This document shows positions 26,001 through 35,916 of a DNA stretch of 44,808 bases, piece by piece. Origin of the DNA: a virus. Taxonomy: Duplodnaviria; Caudoviricetes. The notes below the pieces were generated by a model. It made no database searches. It saw only the letters and a list, made by a program, of their open reading frames with translations, and was not told where the DNA came from. Numbering within the stretch: the stretch's first letter is position 1; every line of letters begins with the position of its first letter. Location of the stretch: the IMG/VR virus record IMGVR_UViG_3300021082_000009, positions 1 through 44,808 of that record; one strand, given 5' to 3'. The translations under genes were made by a program, and so were the position numbers.

Positions 26001-27403
26001 GTAAGGCCATGCGGCTGCATACGACCACCAGCTACTTGCTGCTGTAAGTTTGCAATCTCATCACGTATGTTGTTTAGTGCCTGTGTATGCCGTGCTGCAT
26101 ACGATGTCATATTAGCGCCTGTCTCTAGCGCACGTGCACGGTCAGCAGGCATACTCGTCATGACGCGGTTGTACTCTTGCGTCAACTCAGCGATGCGCCC
26201 TCCTATGTCATCATTCAACGTAGAGCCAACGCTACGACCGTATATCTCTTCAGCCTCGTCAGCTACACGTGCACCATGTATATCTCTGATTGCACCTACA
26301 GCTATAGTAGACTCATCAACTCCAGCATTCGTCGCTCGACGTTGTGCAGCTACGACAGGGTTGAGTGCATCCACTGATGGTGTAAGTGATTGCGTCTGTG
26401 GTGGGCCTGATGTGATAGCAGCCGTACCCGGCGCTTGCTGACCAGCTACTTGTGCATTGAGCGTAGGCGTATTCTGCAGTGTCTGCTGAGTAGCTGATGG
26501 TAGTTGTGAAGCTTGTACAGCTTGATGCGCTCTACCCTTCATAGCTGCTAGCACAGCAGCCATACCAGCGAACGCTGCACCACCCGCCGTCAGTGTACCT
26601 ATACCAGCACTGTCATTAGGCGTAGGTGTGAACGCAGTAGACTTACCCTGTGCATAGCGCATACCCTGATCAAGGGCTACACCAGCGGCAGCGTTGAGTG
26701 CGACGTTGCCTGTTGTATATGGTATAGTAGCAGGTGTCAGCACTTCCGCGGTCTTCAACACGCCACGTGTGGCTGGGTTGTTGAGTAGTGTGTTACCAGT
26801 GCGCGCTGCTATAGTTGCAGCCTTAGCTCCACCTGTCACCCATCCAGCAGGCAAGCCAACAAGCGCACCACCTATAGCTTCCGCTCCGCTCTCCGTCCAA
26901 CTACGTTGACTATCAGGTCTATCATCACCTAAGAAGCTGCGTATAGCTCCCTTAGTTGCAGCAGCTACACCTGGCATATGACGTAGCTGCGACTCTGTGA
27001 AGTCCTCGAACTGCTTTGACTTCTTGTAGTCTTCTATACCTGTGTTGATCTCATCCTGTGTTAGCGTAGGATCATCCTGTTGCCATGCAGTGGCGATGTC
27101 TGTAAGGTGTCTCTGTATCCTATCCTGTGCACCTTCAGTCATCAGGTTCTTATTGAACGCTTCAAGGAATGGCTTGTCTGTGCCATATGTCTCATATAGC
27201 GCACTAGCCGCTGGACCTATTGAGCCGACTGCACCGTATAGATCAGTGAGTACGCTGCCAGCACCGACAGCAGCACTGCGTATGTGGTCTTTCCAACCAC
27301 CTCGTTCCTCTGGCGCAGCATTCTGCATACGTTCGACTGGATCATAGCCGAATGCCTCCTTGAACTCCTCGCGTGAGTAGCTGCCATCTGCACTAGGCAT
27401 CAT
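23048..27403 (-). CDS. Large internal virion (ejection) protein (1451 aa)
   Basis: Last and largest gene of the structural block, A/G-rich and helical; called from position. Confidence 0.6.
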   Translation of the reverse strand: MMPSADGSYSREEFKEAFGYDPVERMQNAAPEERGGWKDHIRSAAVGAGSVLTDLYGAVGSIGPAASALYETYGTDKPFLEAFNKNLMTEGAQDRIQRHLTDIATAWQQDDPTLTQDEINTGIEDYKKSKQFEDFTESQLRHMPGVAAATKGAIRSFLGDDRPDSQRSWTESGAEAIGGALVGLPAGWVTGGAKAATIAARTGNTLLNNPATRGVLKTAEVLTPATIPYTTGNVALNAAAGVALDQGMRYAQGKSTAFTPTPNDSAGIGTLTAGGAAFAGMAAVLAAMKGRAHQAVQASQLPSATQQTLQNTPTLNAQVAGQQAPGTAAITSGPPQTQSLTPSVDALNPVVAAQRRATNAGVDESTIAVGAIRDIHGARVADEAEEIYGRSVGSTLNDDIGGRIAELTQEYNRVMTSMPADRARALETGANMTSYAARHTQALNNIRDEIANLQQQVAGGRMQPHGLTAANNRIAALQNDLARVARDDPDARMMLPRTPMNDVFSTANAYIRDTSPEAMAHKAALSRLNQAWRDHDVAAGRMNAADAAAEHRANPYYTPALHDPLEGAVGIQRMWRAVVKTVRNSDRKVDARGDTTVAREGSIDQLGRYIPEAGRTGDDLRITSLLHSQGSIRGFLQNHLRETAHTTMRNEFIRRYSHMDAARTIPTDFYTNGHMREVVGAGNQTWFSRAQLNSAHDVGPWLRARLNDQHVVPEWSGGSLRLWEFGDRPIAAMLRQEPVILDGVMKGVAKTTQLFKQLTTGYGNPLFPPIGAMYNQIMHMFLKRNDRAFGPASTLLRHVLPAGVAKHTLGRIPDPTALLTIPWHLARNFADLFAMRFSRAMADTLANHNSVFQVLRYTMGRRNYENMVRSAASLATWVHEHSVLGQLRSRGIGHNLGAVDNIEKVRGVYGTISETMPKPLKAAWSFYKDLADMIYLTPQRMFYTENMGLLRRTHRNTPGGIPQAELDRLISETRFLGGNMHKVPASKAMRQLEGMFPYLTQTKLGAYELTRNMASPSTMTYVLPTAALAMYGMGQSMYWRTYWNEESRKEYWNRPDHELWRYISIPTPKLLTAWFNGENPNYSRDLYYDIMLPPDLVGLVAGTGAVMQMMGMLPNNVTPEPISSKWPKLFTMSLVPAMPPVVQALLGESGMKLDPQSSDMRGGKLVRQISSNFRSGPQAESMSNLGQVSNTTSLVLNALLGTFGAHLAAGTDVFLHASKYYPVGDDGKLTPRESQDFGVGLRKALGVVAQRATKNLPDVIGLTGNLWDSQQKRSVMTPKWEYVNENTQHIQSMVGMKDGADGKAAKLQAKYAQQVGGMPKEALTDVAMIQIVKAVAQYQNPTGPLGKLKKEDAIYKNSINALNSNYNMSAEEKKEKIDIIVQKRQDNMDQQYMAIKYLEQRVAAKFGAYLAPRLNGRKITVATLDEMARESIGSPSPDAAYSQAGANTSSE

Positions 27404-30400
27404 TCAGTCTCAGCAGGTTGTATCTCTTCAACAGGTGCTTGTTGCTGTGGTTGTATTACAGGTCTGAACCTACCGTCAGGACCAATGGTGAAGCCTACTT
27501 CAGCGTCAGGCTGTTGTTGTCTACGTGGTCCTGGCGGCACCTTAGTAGGTGTGCTACTGCTAGGCGGCGGCTTACCAGTGACATCAAGCAAGTCCTCTGG
27601 TCCCTTCTTCTTAGGCACGATGTGATGTGGCTTGCTGTTGGGTAGCCACGGCGTGACACCATCAGGCATCATCTTGGGTGGTACGAACCCAGGCTTAGCT
27701 GGTACTGCTGCAGGCTTAGGTGCAGTAGCTGGCTTAGCTGGTGTAGGTGGTACGTCTGGCTGCGCGGATGATGGCTTTGTCTTCTGTGCTATCCACTCAC
27801 TGACAGCATTGTAAATCTTATCGTAGCTAGCCTTGTAATCAGGAGGTGCCGCCTTGAGTGGGCTAGGACCACGATTGGCATATTCAGCTTGCAGTTCCTC
27901 CTTAGTACGTGTCTGTTCAGGTACACCCAGCACAGTAGTCTGTTGCCAGTTGTTAGGCTGACGCCAGTTAAGCTTTGGTCCTAACTCCTCAACTTGACTA
28001 AGCTCACGGCGGTTAGTGTACCAATCACGTATAGCAGCACCGATCTGCTCAAGGCTTTGCTGACGACTATCCGTCATTGTGTTGTAAGCATCAGCGACTG
28101 TGCCTGCTGTAGTAGCTGCACCAGACGCAGCACCAGCTACAGCGTTCGCTCCACTGCCTACATCCTGTTGCAACTGTGCAGCATTGCCAGCGATATGACC
28201 ACCCGCGCCCTTCAATGCGCCGGGTATAGCAAAGATCGCATCCTTGATGTTACCAGCTACAACAGGCACATCTTCCTTGATAGCAGCCCACGGTAGCCTG
28301 CGTTGTCCTGGCAATGGTTTAGGTGGGAATGACTCCATCACTTGCGGTGGTGGATTAGACAACATGTCAGCACCAGCAGGCCCACCCGGCGCAGCGTTAG
28401 CCGATGCTGCATCCTGATATGCTATGTCAGGTGCATCAGGCTGTACCTTGCGTGGATCAGGCTGCGGCATTGGTACATCAAGTGCATTCAACCCATCATC
28501 AATAGGTACATTCTTCGCCTCATCAGGTGCCATGTTGGATGTATCAAACGTAGGTACATTCAACTTCTCATCAGGTGCTAATGGTTGTGGAGGTGGAGGT
28601 GGTGGCTCTTCACCGAATGGTGCATCTGCAAGCGACGGTCGCTGCGTGTTAGGACGCGGCATAGGCATCAACATGCTATCTGCGCTATCCGCTGTGTTAG
28701 GATCACGTTGTATAGGTGTAGCTGGTGTGCCGTACTCTAGATCACCGCTCTCAGTCTGTGGTCTAGCTTGCGGCATAGGCATTTCAAACTCAGGCCCACC
28801 GCTGCGAGCTAGAACTGCTGGCTGCGCGGGAGGTACATAGCCCTCACGCATCTTCATTGCAGCGGTATTTCTGAAGTTGCCAAACACATCCATCGTTGCA
28901 GTGTTACCAGCCTGCGGCCCGAAGTGTGTAGGTGGGAACTGTCCAGCAGGTGGATAGCCTTCAGCAGGCGTGTGCTGCTGCTTGTCAGGTTCGTACTTGT
29001 TATACTCAGGACGCACTACACCTGGCGGCAGCTTCGGTAGTTCTTTAGGCTTAGGCTGTGGTGCTTCTTTAGCTGGCATAGGACCGGCGACTTGTACTCT
29101 TGGCTGCGCGGGTACACTACGCTTGCTGCGTTCTTCAGGTGTTAGTACTGCTAACCTAGCGAACTGTACCTCAGGCCGCATACGACCACGACTACCACCC
29201 CAGTCATAGTGCATCAGGTCAGGTACACCACCTCCACCTAGTCTAGTACCGAATGCACCACCATAGCCTATATTACGTTCAGCATCAGGGTCGTTCTCTC
29301 GTACCCATGACTTAACACCACGTGCTAGTAGCGTGTACATACCTGTGTCATCTTCACCCTTGTGAGGTATAGCAGTGCCATCAGGCTTGATGATTTGGAA
29401 GTCAGCAGCTTGGCCCCTGCTATGGTGACTACGTCGATCAGTACGTCCTTCACGACCTGACACAGCACGTACAATGTAACCCTCAGGCAATGCCAACTCA
29501 GCACCGCCACGCACAGCATCAACTAGACGCCTGTTGACGCCTATCAGTGCACGTGCGTTGTGTAGTATAGGTATGTTAGCTGGTGGCCTAGGCGGTGTCG
29601 ATGCTGAAGCTGCCGAGGTTTGGTTGCTCGTCTTCGTTGGGCCAAAAGGGACTTCACTACCAGCACTGCCTCCTTGTGCATATGCATCTTCACCAGCTAT
29701 AGCACTACGCTTGCCAGTAGGCGTAGGCTGACGCTGTAGCAATGGTGGCACGTTGCCGTCGTTCGTAGTGTTAGCTGTGGGTGCTGATGTTGAAGGTGAA
29801 GGTGAAGGTTGAACTGCTGGCTGCGCGGGTTGCTTAGTTGCAATAGGTCTATCACCCGCACGCTTGAACGACTCATTCGTCCACGGCACATAGAACCCCG
29901 CCTGCCGCTTAATCAATGCATCAACTGACGCAGTTGGATCGAGGTTGTTGTTGACCAGCGTGCGGTAGTTCACATTGGGGTCTTTGTTCTGCCTCATCGC
30001 AGCAGTGGCAGGCATATCAGGGTTGAGTTGATGTGCAACTAGGAACAGCGGTCCATTGGTGTGACCGAACTGGTGTAGTATACCCCAACGTGGTATGTCA
30101 GCAGGATCACTAGACAGCCCTTGACCGTTGTTGATACGCTTCAACTCCATGTTGTTGCGTATCAGGTTCTTAGCCGTGTAGTCGGCCATCTTGTATATGT
30201 CTTGACGATCATTAGGGTTGAGGTTGTACTCCTTAGCCAATGCATCAGTGAACTTGAACCAGCCTTCTACACTCCCCTCACGTTGTGCATTGCGACCACC
30301 ATCATTCTCAAGGCCGAATAGCGTCATCAACGTGTGACGAGGTAAGCCGTACTTCTGCTCTGTCTGTTCAAAGTGATCGACTATTCGCTGATCCATACCA

Positions 30401-30999
30401 TCTACGAAGCTTACAGTCTTAGCATTCTTACCCTTCGCAGGGCCTGGTAGTACATTAGTAGGACGAGCTTCACGTGATGCTGGTCTAATACCTTTAGGTG
30501 TAGCAGTAGCTGGTGCCTGTGCATATGCATCACGTGCTTCATTAGGCACACGTGATTGAGCCGAGAAGTCGGTTGCACCACTCGTACCTGTGTCAACTTC
30601 TGACAGCTTGCCACTTGGTAGTATAGGTGTAGTACCTAGCGGTGCTGAGCTTGGCTGTGGCTTGGGTGCTGGTGCAGCAGCAGTAGGTGCAGCAGGTGGA
30701 GGCTCATCTCTAGCGTCAGCTTCCGCACCTAGTCTAGGTCTAACACGTGCGCCATCAGGCCCAGTGTCATCACCGCGTTGACCCTGCATTTGCTTGTCAT
30801 ATGTATAGTCGAAGTAGTCCCTGCGCTCATCACTAGTACGATCAAACATCTCACGCTTGAAATTCTCGCCCTCTCTATTCTCATTGTACTTAGCAAGCAG
30901 CGACACATACAACCGCACCAATGCTTCATTGGCTGCAGCTTGACGTGATAAGAAGAATGCACTCTGATCAGGTGCGCCACCTGGGATCATCTTCGCCAT
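27400..30999 (-). CDS. Pro-rich internal virion protein with lysozyme/SLT-like and peptidase M15-like domains
   Basis: EQKYGLPRHTLMTLFGLENDGG..GWFKF (SLT-like) and SHHSRGQAADF...LMHYD (M15-like Zn ligands). Confidence 0.65.
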   Translation of the reverse strand: MAKMIPGGAPDQSAFFLSRQAAANEALVRLYVSLLAKYNENREGENFKREMFDRTSDERRDYFDYTYDKQMQGQRGDDTGPDGARVRPRLGAEADARDEPPPAAPTAAAPAPKPQPSSAPLGTTPILPSGKLSEVDTGTSGATDFSAQSRVPNEARDAYAQAPATATPKGIRPASREARPTNVLPGPAKGKNAKTVSFVDGMDQRIVDHFEQTEQKYGLPRHTLMTLFGLENDGGRNAQREGSVEGWFKFTDALAKEYNLNPNDRQDIYKMADYTAKNLIRNNMELKRINNGQGLSSDPADIPRWGILHQFGHTNGPLFLVAHQLNPDMPATAAMRQNKDPNVNYRTLVNNNLDPTASVDALIKRQAGFYVPWTNESFKRAGDRPIATKQPAQPAVQPSPSPSTSAPTANTTNDGNVPPLLQRQPTPTGKRSAIAGEDAYAQGGSAGSEVPFGPTKTSNQTSAASASTPPRPPANIPILHNARALIGVNRRLVDAVRGGAELALPEGYIVRAVSGREGRTDRRSHHSRGQAADFQIIKPDGTAIPHKGEDDTGMYTLLARGVKSWVRENDPDAERNIGYGGAFGTRLGGGGVPDLMHYDWGGSRGRMRPEVQFARLAVLTPEERSKRSVPAQPRVQVAGPMPAKEAPQPKPKELPKLPPGVVRPEYNKYEPDKQQHTPAEGYPPAGQFPPTHFGPQAGNTATMDVFGNFRNTAAMKMREGYVPPAQPAVLARSGGPEFEMPMPQARPQTESGDLEYGTPATPIQRDPNTADSADSMLMPMPRPNTQRPSLADAPFGEEPPPPPPQPLAPDEKLNVPTFDTSNMAPDEAKNVPIDDGLNALDVPMPQPDPRKVQPDAPDIAYQDAASANAAPGGPAGADMLSNPPPQVMESFPPKPLPGQRRLPWAAIKEDVPVVAGNIKDAIFAIPGALKGAGGHIAGNAAQLQQDVGSGANAVAGAASGAATTAGTVADAYNTMTDSRQQSLEQIGAAIRDWYTNRRELSQVEELGPKLNWRQPNNWQQTTVLGVPEQTRTKEELQAEYANRGPSPLKAAPPDYKASYDKIYNAVSEWIAQKTKPSSAQPDVPPTPAKPATAPKPAAVPAKPGFVPPKMMPDGVTPWLPNSKPHHIVPKKKGPEDLLDVTGKPPPSSSTPTKVPPGPRRQQQPDAEVGFTIGPDGRFRPVIQPQQQAPVEEIQPAETE

Positions 31000-31008
31000 G
31001 TGTTCACC

Positions 31009-32046
31009 TTATGAGACATCTCGTTCATCGAGGTTATACATACCACTGCTACCACCACCACCGCTGCTGCCGAAGCCGCTTACATCACCACCACCGCGGT
31101 TGTTGTATGCCTGCTTAGCACCCATTGCACTCAATGAGCTACCAAGTGCAGAGCCTGCACCAGCTATAGCATTGCCTAGTGCGAAGTTAGGTGACATGTA
31201 ATCAAGCTCACCACCCTTCTTGCCGTAGCTATTAGCAGCTAGACCACCAGCAGTCAGCGCACCCTGCATCGACTGTGCCATCGTGCCTGCAGTGTCAATC
31301 GCTTGCGGCTTGTAGCTGACATCAGGCAACACACCCGCACGTGTAGCGAACATGTTGTATAGATTAGCCAAGCCACCGAGCTTCTCACTTCGCTCCTTAG
31401 CAGCTACACCATGTGACATCAGCTTCGACTTGAGTGCAGCTTCAGCATACGCCGCATTGTTGACCTTAGCCAACTCACCAGCGATCTTAGGCATGTTGCT
31501 ATTGTTGCCAGTACGCATGGCCTGTGTATATGAACGACCACTAGCAATGCGATTGGCCTCACTCAATCCAATGTTCTGTGCTTGCAGTAGGTCATTAGCA
31601 TACGCATCATCACTACCAGCACCTTGACCTAATTGATTAGTAAACATCCGCTTCAACGTATCCGCGGTGTTCTCATCTGCGAAGCTACGCTGCCTGTTAC
31701 GCTGTATATCAGCTCGTCGCATCTGCATGTCGTTGATCGACCGCATCTGCTCCTGATCTTGCGCCTTCATCATCGCAAGTACTTCAGGCGAACCAGTAGT
31801 CACCCAACCTTGACCCGGTACGAACTTAGTCCGCGTACCACGTACGTCAGTTGAACCTAGTTTCTGCTCACCACGCAGCTTGTTAGCCATTGCTATCTGT
31901 TCAGTGCGCTCACGTTCGCGCTGCTGATAGTTCATGATAGCAATCGCCCAGTTCATCTGGCGATTTTCTTCTTGCTCCTCTGCATTCATGATGCCGCCGA
32001 CGATACCGCCAGCAGCACCGAGCAAGCCGCCCATCATCTCCATCAT
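31009..32046 (-). CDS. Probable ejection/pilot protein
   Basis: Gly-rich hydrophobic N-terminus (GGLLGAAGGIVGGIM) followed by Q/N-rich helices. Confidence 0.6.
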   Translation of the reverse strand: MMEMMGGLLGAAGGIVGGIMNAEEQEENRQMNWAIAIMNYQQRERERTEQIAMANKLRGEQKLGSTDVRGTRTKFVPGQGWVTTGSPEVLAMMKAQDQEQMRSINDMQMRRADIQRNRQRSFADENTADTLKRMFTNQLGQGAGSDDAYANDLLQAQNIGLSEANRIASGRSYTQAMRTGNNSNMPKIAGELAKVNNAAYAEAALKSKLMSHGVAAKERSEKLGGLANLYNMFATRAGVLPDVSYKPQAIDTAGTMAQSMQGALTAGGLAANSYGKKGGELDYMSPNFALGNAIAGAGSALGSSLSAMGAKQAYNNRGGGDVSGFGSSGGGGSSGMYNLDERDVS

Positions 32047-32079
32047 GTCACGTTACTCCTTATACGGTGTATACGTGAG

Positions 32080-33198
32080 TTAGAAGGTGCCTTCATTCGC
32101 ACGGACGTTCTCATTGGTACGTGTGGCCTCATTAGCGAAGGTGTCATACAGTGCATTCGTACCGCTTGTACCTGTGGTCTGATTGCCTACACGTGCATTG
32201 GCTTTGCCTAGCAACGAGTTGACATCAAAGAACTCCTTACCACCCACGGCACCACGCAATTCACCTTCAAGACCTGACAACCTATCGCTGCCATACGACT
32301 TGATGCGACCAGCTTCAGCATTTGGATCGAAGGTAGAGCCGAAGTCCCAGTTCGCAGCGTTATCAAGTGCACCAGTACGACGTGTACCAATGTCACCTAT
32401 GATCTTCTCACGCACACCGCGACCAGTGTTCTGCAACTCAGTATTAGCAGTAGACTTGGCAGTGCCTAGGTCACGCAGTGCGCGGTCATACACACTGGTA
32501 TTAGCTTGACCACGATCACGTGCTGCTTGTAGATCGGTGAGTGCATCTCCATACTGCGTGTCTAGTATACTCGCCAAGATTGCATCATCCGACGTATCAC
32601 CGAATGTATCTTCACCGTAATATTGTGGGAGCGCAGAGTTGAACGAGGTCTTATACTTATTACGCTGTGTACCACGTGCGTTGCCTAGCACCTCATCAAT
32701 GATCGTTGGTGAGAATGCAGATGCATAGTCGCCGCCTTGCTGCAGATTAGCATTGGCTTGATTGATGCGACCAGTGAAATCACTATACGCACCGTATGGG
32801 TCATTAGCATCAATGCCCAATGAACGCAGCTTACTCGTACCACCTTGTAATGCTGCGTTGTATGCTGCACCTTTGCTAGCTCCCCAAGCAGCGTCATCTG
32901 ACTCCTTCTTGAGTGCTGCAGCTTTATCAATTGCATCCTGACGACGCTGCTCACGCTCAAACTCTTGCTGCGCTTCCCAATCACGTGCAGCAGCTTGCTC
33001 TTGTGGAGTAGGCTGCGGAGGTGGTTGATAACCACCACCACCTTTAGTCTCAAGCACACGTTCATCAGGCTTGTGCTTAGCCTTCTTAGGCTTGTCATTG
33101 ATGTTAGTCACATGAGTGGCAACAACCGCCGCCACATCAGTGTTAGACTTGCGCTGGTTCTTGCTCAGCGCCCACGCCGCGATGTGTGGAGCGATCAT
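32080..33198 (-). CDS. Probable internal virion protein
   Basis: KGGGG-PPP motif followed by helical A/Q-rich sequence; directly after the GNAT gene. Confidence 0.55.
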   Translation of the reverse strand: MIAPHIAAWALSKNQRKSNTDVAAVVATHVTNINDKPKKAKHKPDERVLETKGGGGYQPPPQPTPQEQAAARDWEAQQEFEREQRRQDAIDKAAALKKESDDAAWGASKGAAYNAALQGGTSKLRSLGIDANDPYGAYSDFTGRINQANANLQQGGDYASAFSPTIIDEVLGNARGTQRNKYKTSFNSALPQYYGEDTFGDTSDDAILASILDTQYGDALTDLQAARDRGQANTSVYDRALRDLGTAKSTANTELQNTGRGVREKIIGDIGTRRTGALDNAANWDFGSTFDPNAEAGRIKSYGSDRLSGLEGELRGAVGGKEFFDVNSLLGKANARVGNQTTGTSGTNALYDTFANEATRTNENVRANEGTF

Positions 33199-33691
33199 TG
33201 TCGTGTTCCTCATGTGTGTATACGGGACGCTTGACTGCGATGTAGCCTTGCTTGTTGTAGCCGAAGTATTGCATCAACCTGAGTATACGTTCAACCAACT
33301 CAGGCTCATCATCATGTTCAACTTGCGTGTATATGCGTTCGCACTTGTGTTCTACCGCCCATTGTTCGTATGCTCGAAGTAGCTTCGTGGCTGTGCTAGA
33401 TCGTCTAGCTCCTGGCACCACGTACCACATCTCCTGTACTGCGTACTTACTATAACTATAGAAGCTGCGATGAATAGTACCAGCAATATAACCCACGGGA
33501 TGATCGTGATCATCATAAGCCACCCAGCAGTTGACCTGTGTACGTCGTTTGTCTAGTACGCAATTCCAACACGCTTCACCTACTGCGCTCTTAGCAAACT
33601 GACGCGCCTTGCCGAACTCAGCGTGATGCTGTTGAGCTAACTCCTCAACATCAACTGCGTGCTTAGGTGTCTCGATCTGCTTGACAATCAT
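33143..33691 (-). CDS. GNAT-family acetyltransferase
   Basis: VGYIAG and EMWYVVPGARRSSTATKLLRAYEQWA (acetyl-CoA-binding motif A); ATG 33691 overlaps the upstream TGA. Confidence 0.8.
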   Translation of the reverse strand: MIVKQIETPKHAVDVEELAQQHHAEFGKARQFAKSAVGEACWNCVLDKRRTQVNCWVAYDDHDHPVGYIAGTIHRSFYSYSKYAVQEMWYVVPGARRSSTATKLLRAYEQWAVEHKCERIYTQVEHDDEPELVERILRLMQYFGYNKQGYIAVKRPVYTHEEHDNDRSTHRGVGAEQEPAQV

Positions 33692-33858
33692 GCGTGTATC
33701 ACAAAGCCGAATGTCTTCCATCCTAGTAAGAACAACAGCACGAAGAAGAGGAACTCACTCGCGTATAGGTAAGGCCCAGTCAGACCACCCCAGCGTGTAC
33801 CTACCCATGAGAAGAACCACAGGATCATAAGCACCCAGAACAGTAGACCTATGGACAT
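33688..33858 (-). CDS. Small two-TM membrane protein, holin candidate (56 aa), not in the ORF track
   Basis: RBS AGGAGGT; MSIGLLFWVLMILWFFSWVGTRWGGLTGPYLYASEFLFFVLLFLLGWKTFGFVIHA*. Confidence 0.6.
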   Translation of the reverse strand: MSIGLLFWVLMILWFFSWVGTRWGGLTGPYLYASEFLFFVLLFLLGWKTFGFVIHA

Positions 33859-33860
33859 AG

Positions 33861-34079
33861 CTACCTCCTAATGCCACAACGCTGCGCTTGCAGCATTGAC
33901 CGTGCTAGCTGTCTACATTGTAACTCAGCATTGAGTGCATCTACCTCTGCGCGTGTGTACAGATCAGGTGGCCTAGTTATAACTACCTCTTCACCACCGA
34001 AGCCCGTACCGAAACTGTTACGAAAGTTACCACAACCGCTCAATAACAATGACAGCACAATGAGCAGTGTATATAACAT
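33861..34079 (-). CDS. Small lipoprotein
   Basis: Hydrophobic signal ending in the lipobox LSGC; two further Cys. Confidence 0.65.
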   Translation of the reverse strand: MLYTLLIVLSLLLSGCGNFRNSFGTGFGGEEVVITRPPDLYTRAEVDALNAELQCRQLARSMLQAQRCGIRR

Positions 34080-34537
34080 TACTTGTCTCTTTCAAGTCTC
34101 TCCAACCTAGTAACTATAGTATCAAGCACACCGAGTATCTTTGTCTCTGTCTCTGTAGGTGGTGGCACTATGCGAGGTCGCACGTACTTGTCACCTATCT
34201 TGCGACTGTCAGCGTTGTATACATACCCATTGTAGTCAGTGAACGGATCGCTACCTGTGTATTCAGTGTCTTCAATAACACGCCAGATGCCTGGGAATAT
34301 GTGTTGTGCTAGCTTATGCACAGCTTGTACTAAATAACTGCCATCCTCTAGTGGCTGTGCAGTCATCACAACAGTAGAACCATCGAACTTCTTCTGATAC
34401 TGATACCAATCCTCGCCTGTCTCCACCTTGCGTGAGTATATAGCGCCGCTAGGTGCGTGTTCAGGTAACACTGCAGGCGTGTATATCTGCCACATGCCAT
34501 GATCTACAATCATCATCCCGTTCCCATTGTCCACCAA
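34079..34537 (-). CDS. Probable tail-fibre assembly/chaperone protein
   Basis: Follows the fibre gene; GEDWY motif and C-terminal coiled coil. Confidence 0.5.
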   Translation of the reverse strand: MVDNGNGMMIVDHGMWQIYTPAVLPEHAPSGAIYSRKVETGEDWYQYQKKFDGSTVVMTAQPLEDGSYLVQAVHKLAQHIFPGIWRVIEDTEYTGSDPFTDYNGYVYNADSRKIGDKYVRPRIVPPPTETETKILGVLDTIVTRLERLERDK

Positions 34538-35916
34538 CCGCCATCGAGATTTTGAAGTTGCACGTATCTCATACGCATGTAAGCGGCTACAAAAGTGTAA
34601 CTATCCTGAACAACACCCACTACTACTGCACCGGGTGTAGGATCATATGAATAGGGAGTGATACCAACATCACCCGCATATGTTAACTGTCCATTGATAA
34701 CTACTCCTCCAGGCGTATACGGTAGACTAGTAAAGTCTTGCTCAGTCCACAGCTTGTACCATGCACCACCTAATGACCAACCACCAACACGCAGACGGTT
34801 ATCAGCACCAAGGCCGAAGTTGACACCATACGAACCGGGGCGATGGAATGATATGAATGTGCAGTAACCACCACCAGCACCATTTATTGATATAGAGCCT
34901 GGAGAACCTTGATAGATGCTACCCGCTGCCTGATTGAAAGTAGTATAGTTACTGAGACTGGTGCTCCAGTTAGCTGTTATGTTGGTTGCAGTGAGTGTAC
35001 CAGAGACACTCTCATTACCCGTGATGTATGAGCTACCACTGACGCTAGAGTTGCCTGCGATGACAGAGCTACCAGCAACATTCAAACCTTGACTGCTACT
35101 AACGCCGGGTGCAGTAGTTGGATGAGTGAAGCCATACGTCCCACCGCTGTAGTGTATATATGAAGCACCGCTGTTACCGAAGAAGACAAGACCTGTAGCA
35201 GGGTTGCCCGCTCGCATAGTCTGTATGTCAGCATTACCAACGATCATCCCATGCTGCACGTTGAGACTGCTACCAGCGAGGTAAGCTGTACTAGCACCAT
35301 CATGCACAAGATACTTCGTGTTGCTAGGACCGAAGTACAAACCGCCTGCTGCTGCTGATACGAAGTTAGCACTAGTAGTTATATTACCTACAACCCCTGC
35401 AGCACCAGAGACACTCAAGCTCTTAAGTGCTATATCGCCAGTGCTACGAGTAACTGTTAGTGGTGCGTCTAAAATAGCGCCAGCATCATTGCAACGATAC
35501 AATGCAAAGTTACTACCAGTGTTACTACCACCTTCACCGCCGCCGTTGCCTGGCTGTAAAACCCACCTACTTACACCATTAACACTACCAAGTATACTAC
35601 TAGCTTGATCACCAGCAGTCTTATCAAGCGTCAATGCTGGGCTAGCGGTGTGAATGGTTACATTACCACTCACTGTACCACCAGCCGCAGGGTAGCGTGT
35701 CGTGTCAGTAGGATGCCTATGATCACCTCTAGAGTAATCAAGTGCTACGCCGGGTGATCCAACACCATCCATGAGTGGTGTTGTGTTGCTAGGCACATTG
35801 TCAGCGCCACCACCCCCTGGAGGTGCATTAACAGTAATGCGCCACTTCTCACCATCCCAGACGTAGTTGGTGTATGCATCACCACTAGTAGGTGCATTGG
35901 GGAAGTTGAATGACAT
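34513..35916 (-). CDS. Secondary tail fibre/receptor-binding protein
   Basis: N-terminal FNFPNAP..YVWDGEKW, G/S/T-rich beta repeats, FHRPGSYGVNFGL..LRVGGWS and RMRYVQ fibre-tip motifs. Confidence 0.75.
   Translation of the reverse strand: MSFNFPNAPTSGDAYTNYVWDGEKWRITVNAPPGGGGADNVPSNTTPLMDGVGSPGVALDYSRGDHRHPTDTTRYPAAGGTVSGNVTIHTASPALTLDKTAGDQASSILGSVNGVSRWVLQPGNGGGEGGSNTGSNFALYRCNDAGAILDAPLTVTRSTGDIALKSLSVSGAAGVVGNITTSANFVSAAAGGLYFGPSNTKYLVHDGASTAYLAGSSLNVQHGMIVGNADIQTMRAGNPATGLVFFGNSGASYIHYSGGTYGFTHPTTAPGVSSSQGLNVAGSSVIAGNSSVSGSSYITGNESVSGTLTATNITANWSTSLSNYTTFNQAAGSIYQGSPGSISINGAGGGYCTFISFHRPGSYGVNFGLGADNRLRVGGWSLGGAWYKLWTEQDFTSLPYTPGGVVINGQLTYAGDVGITPYSYDPTPGAVVVGVVQDSYTFVAAYMRMRYVQLQNLDGGWWTMGTG

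Noticed and set aside
33143-33691. GNAT as a toxin or DNA-modification enzyme
   Set aside because: A GNAT-like gene just before the ejection proteins is a common podovirus arrangement; no antitoxin or modification cluster is adjacent.
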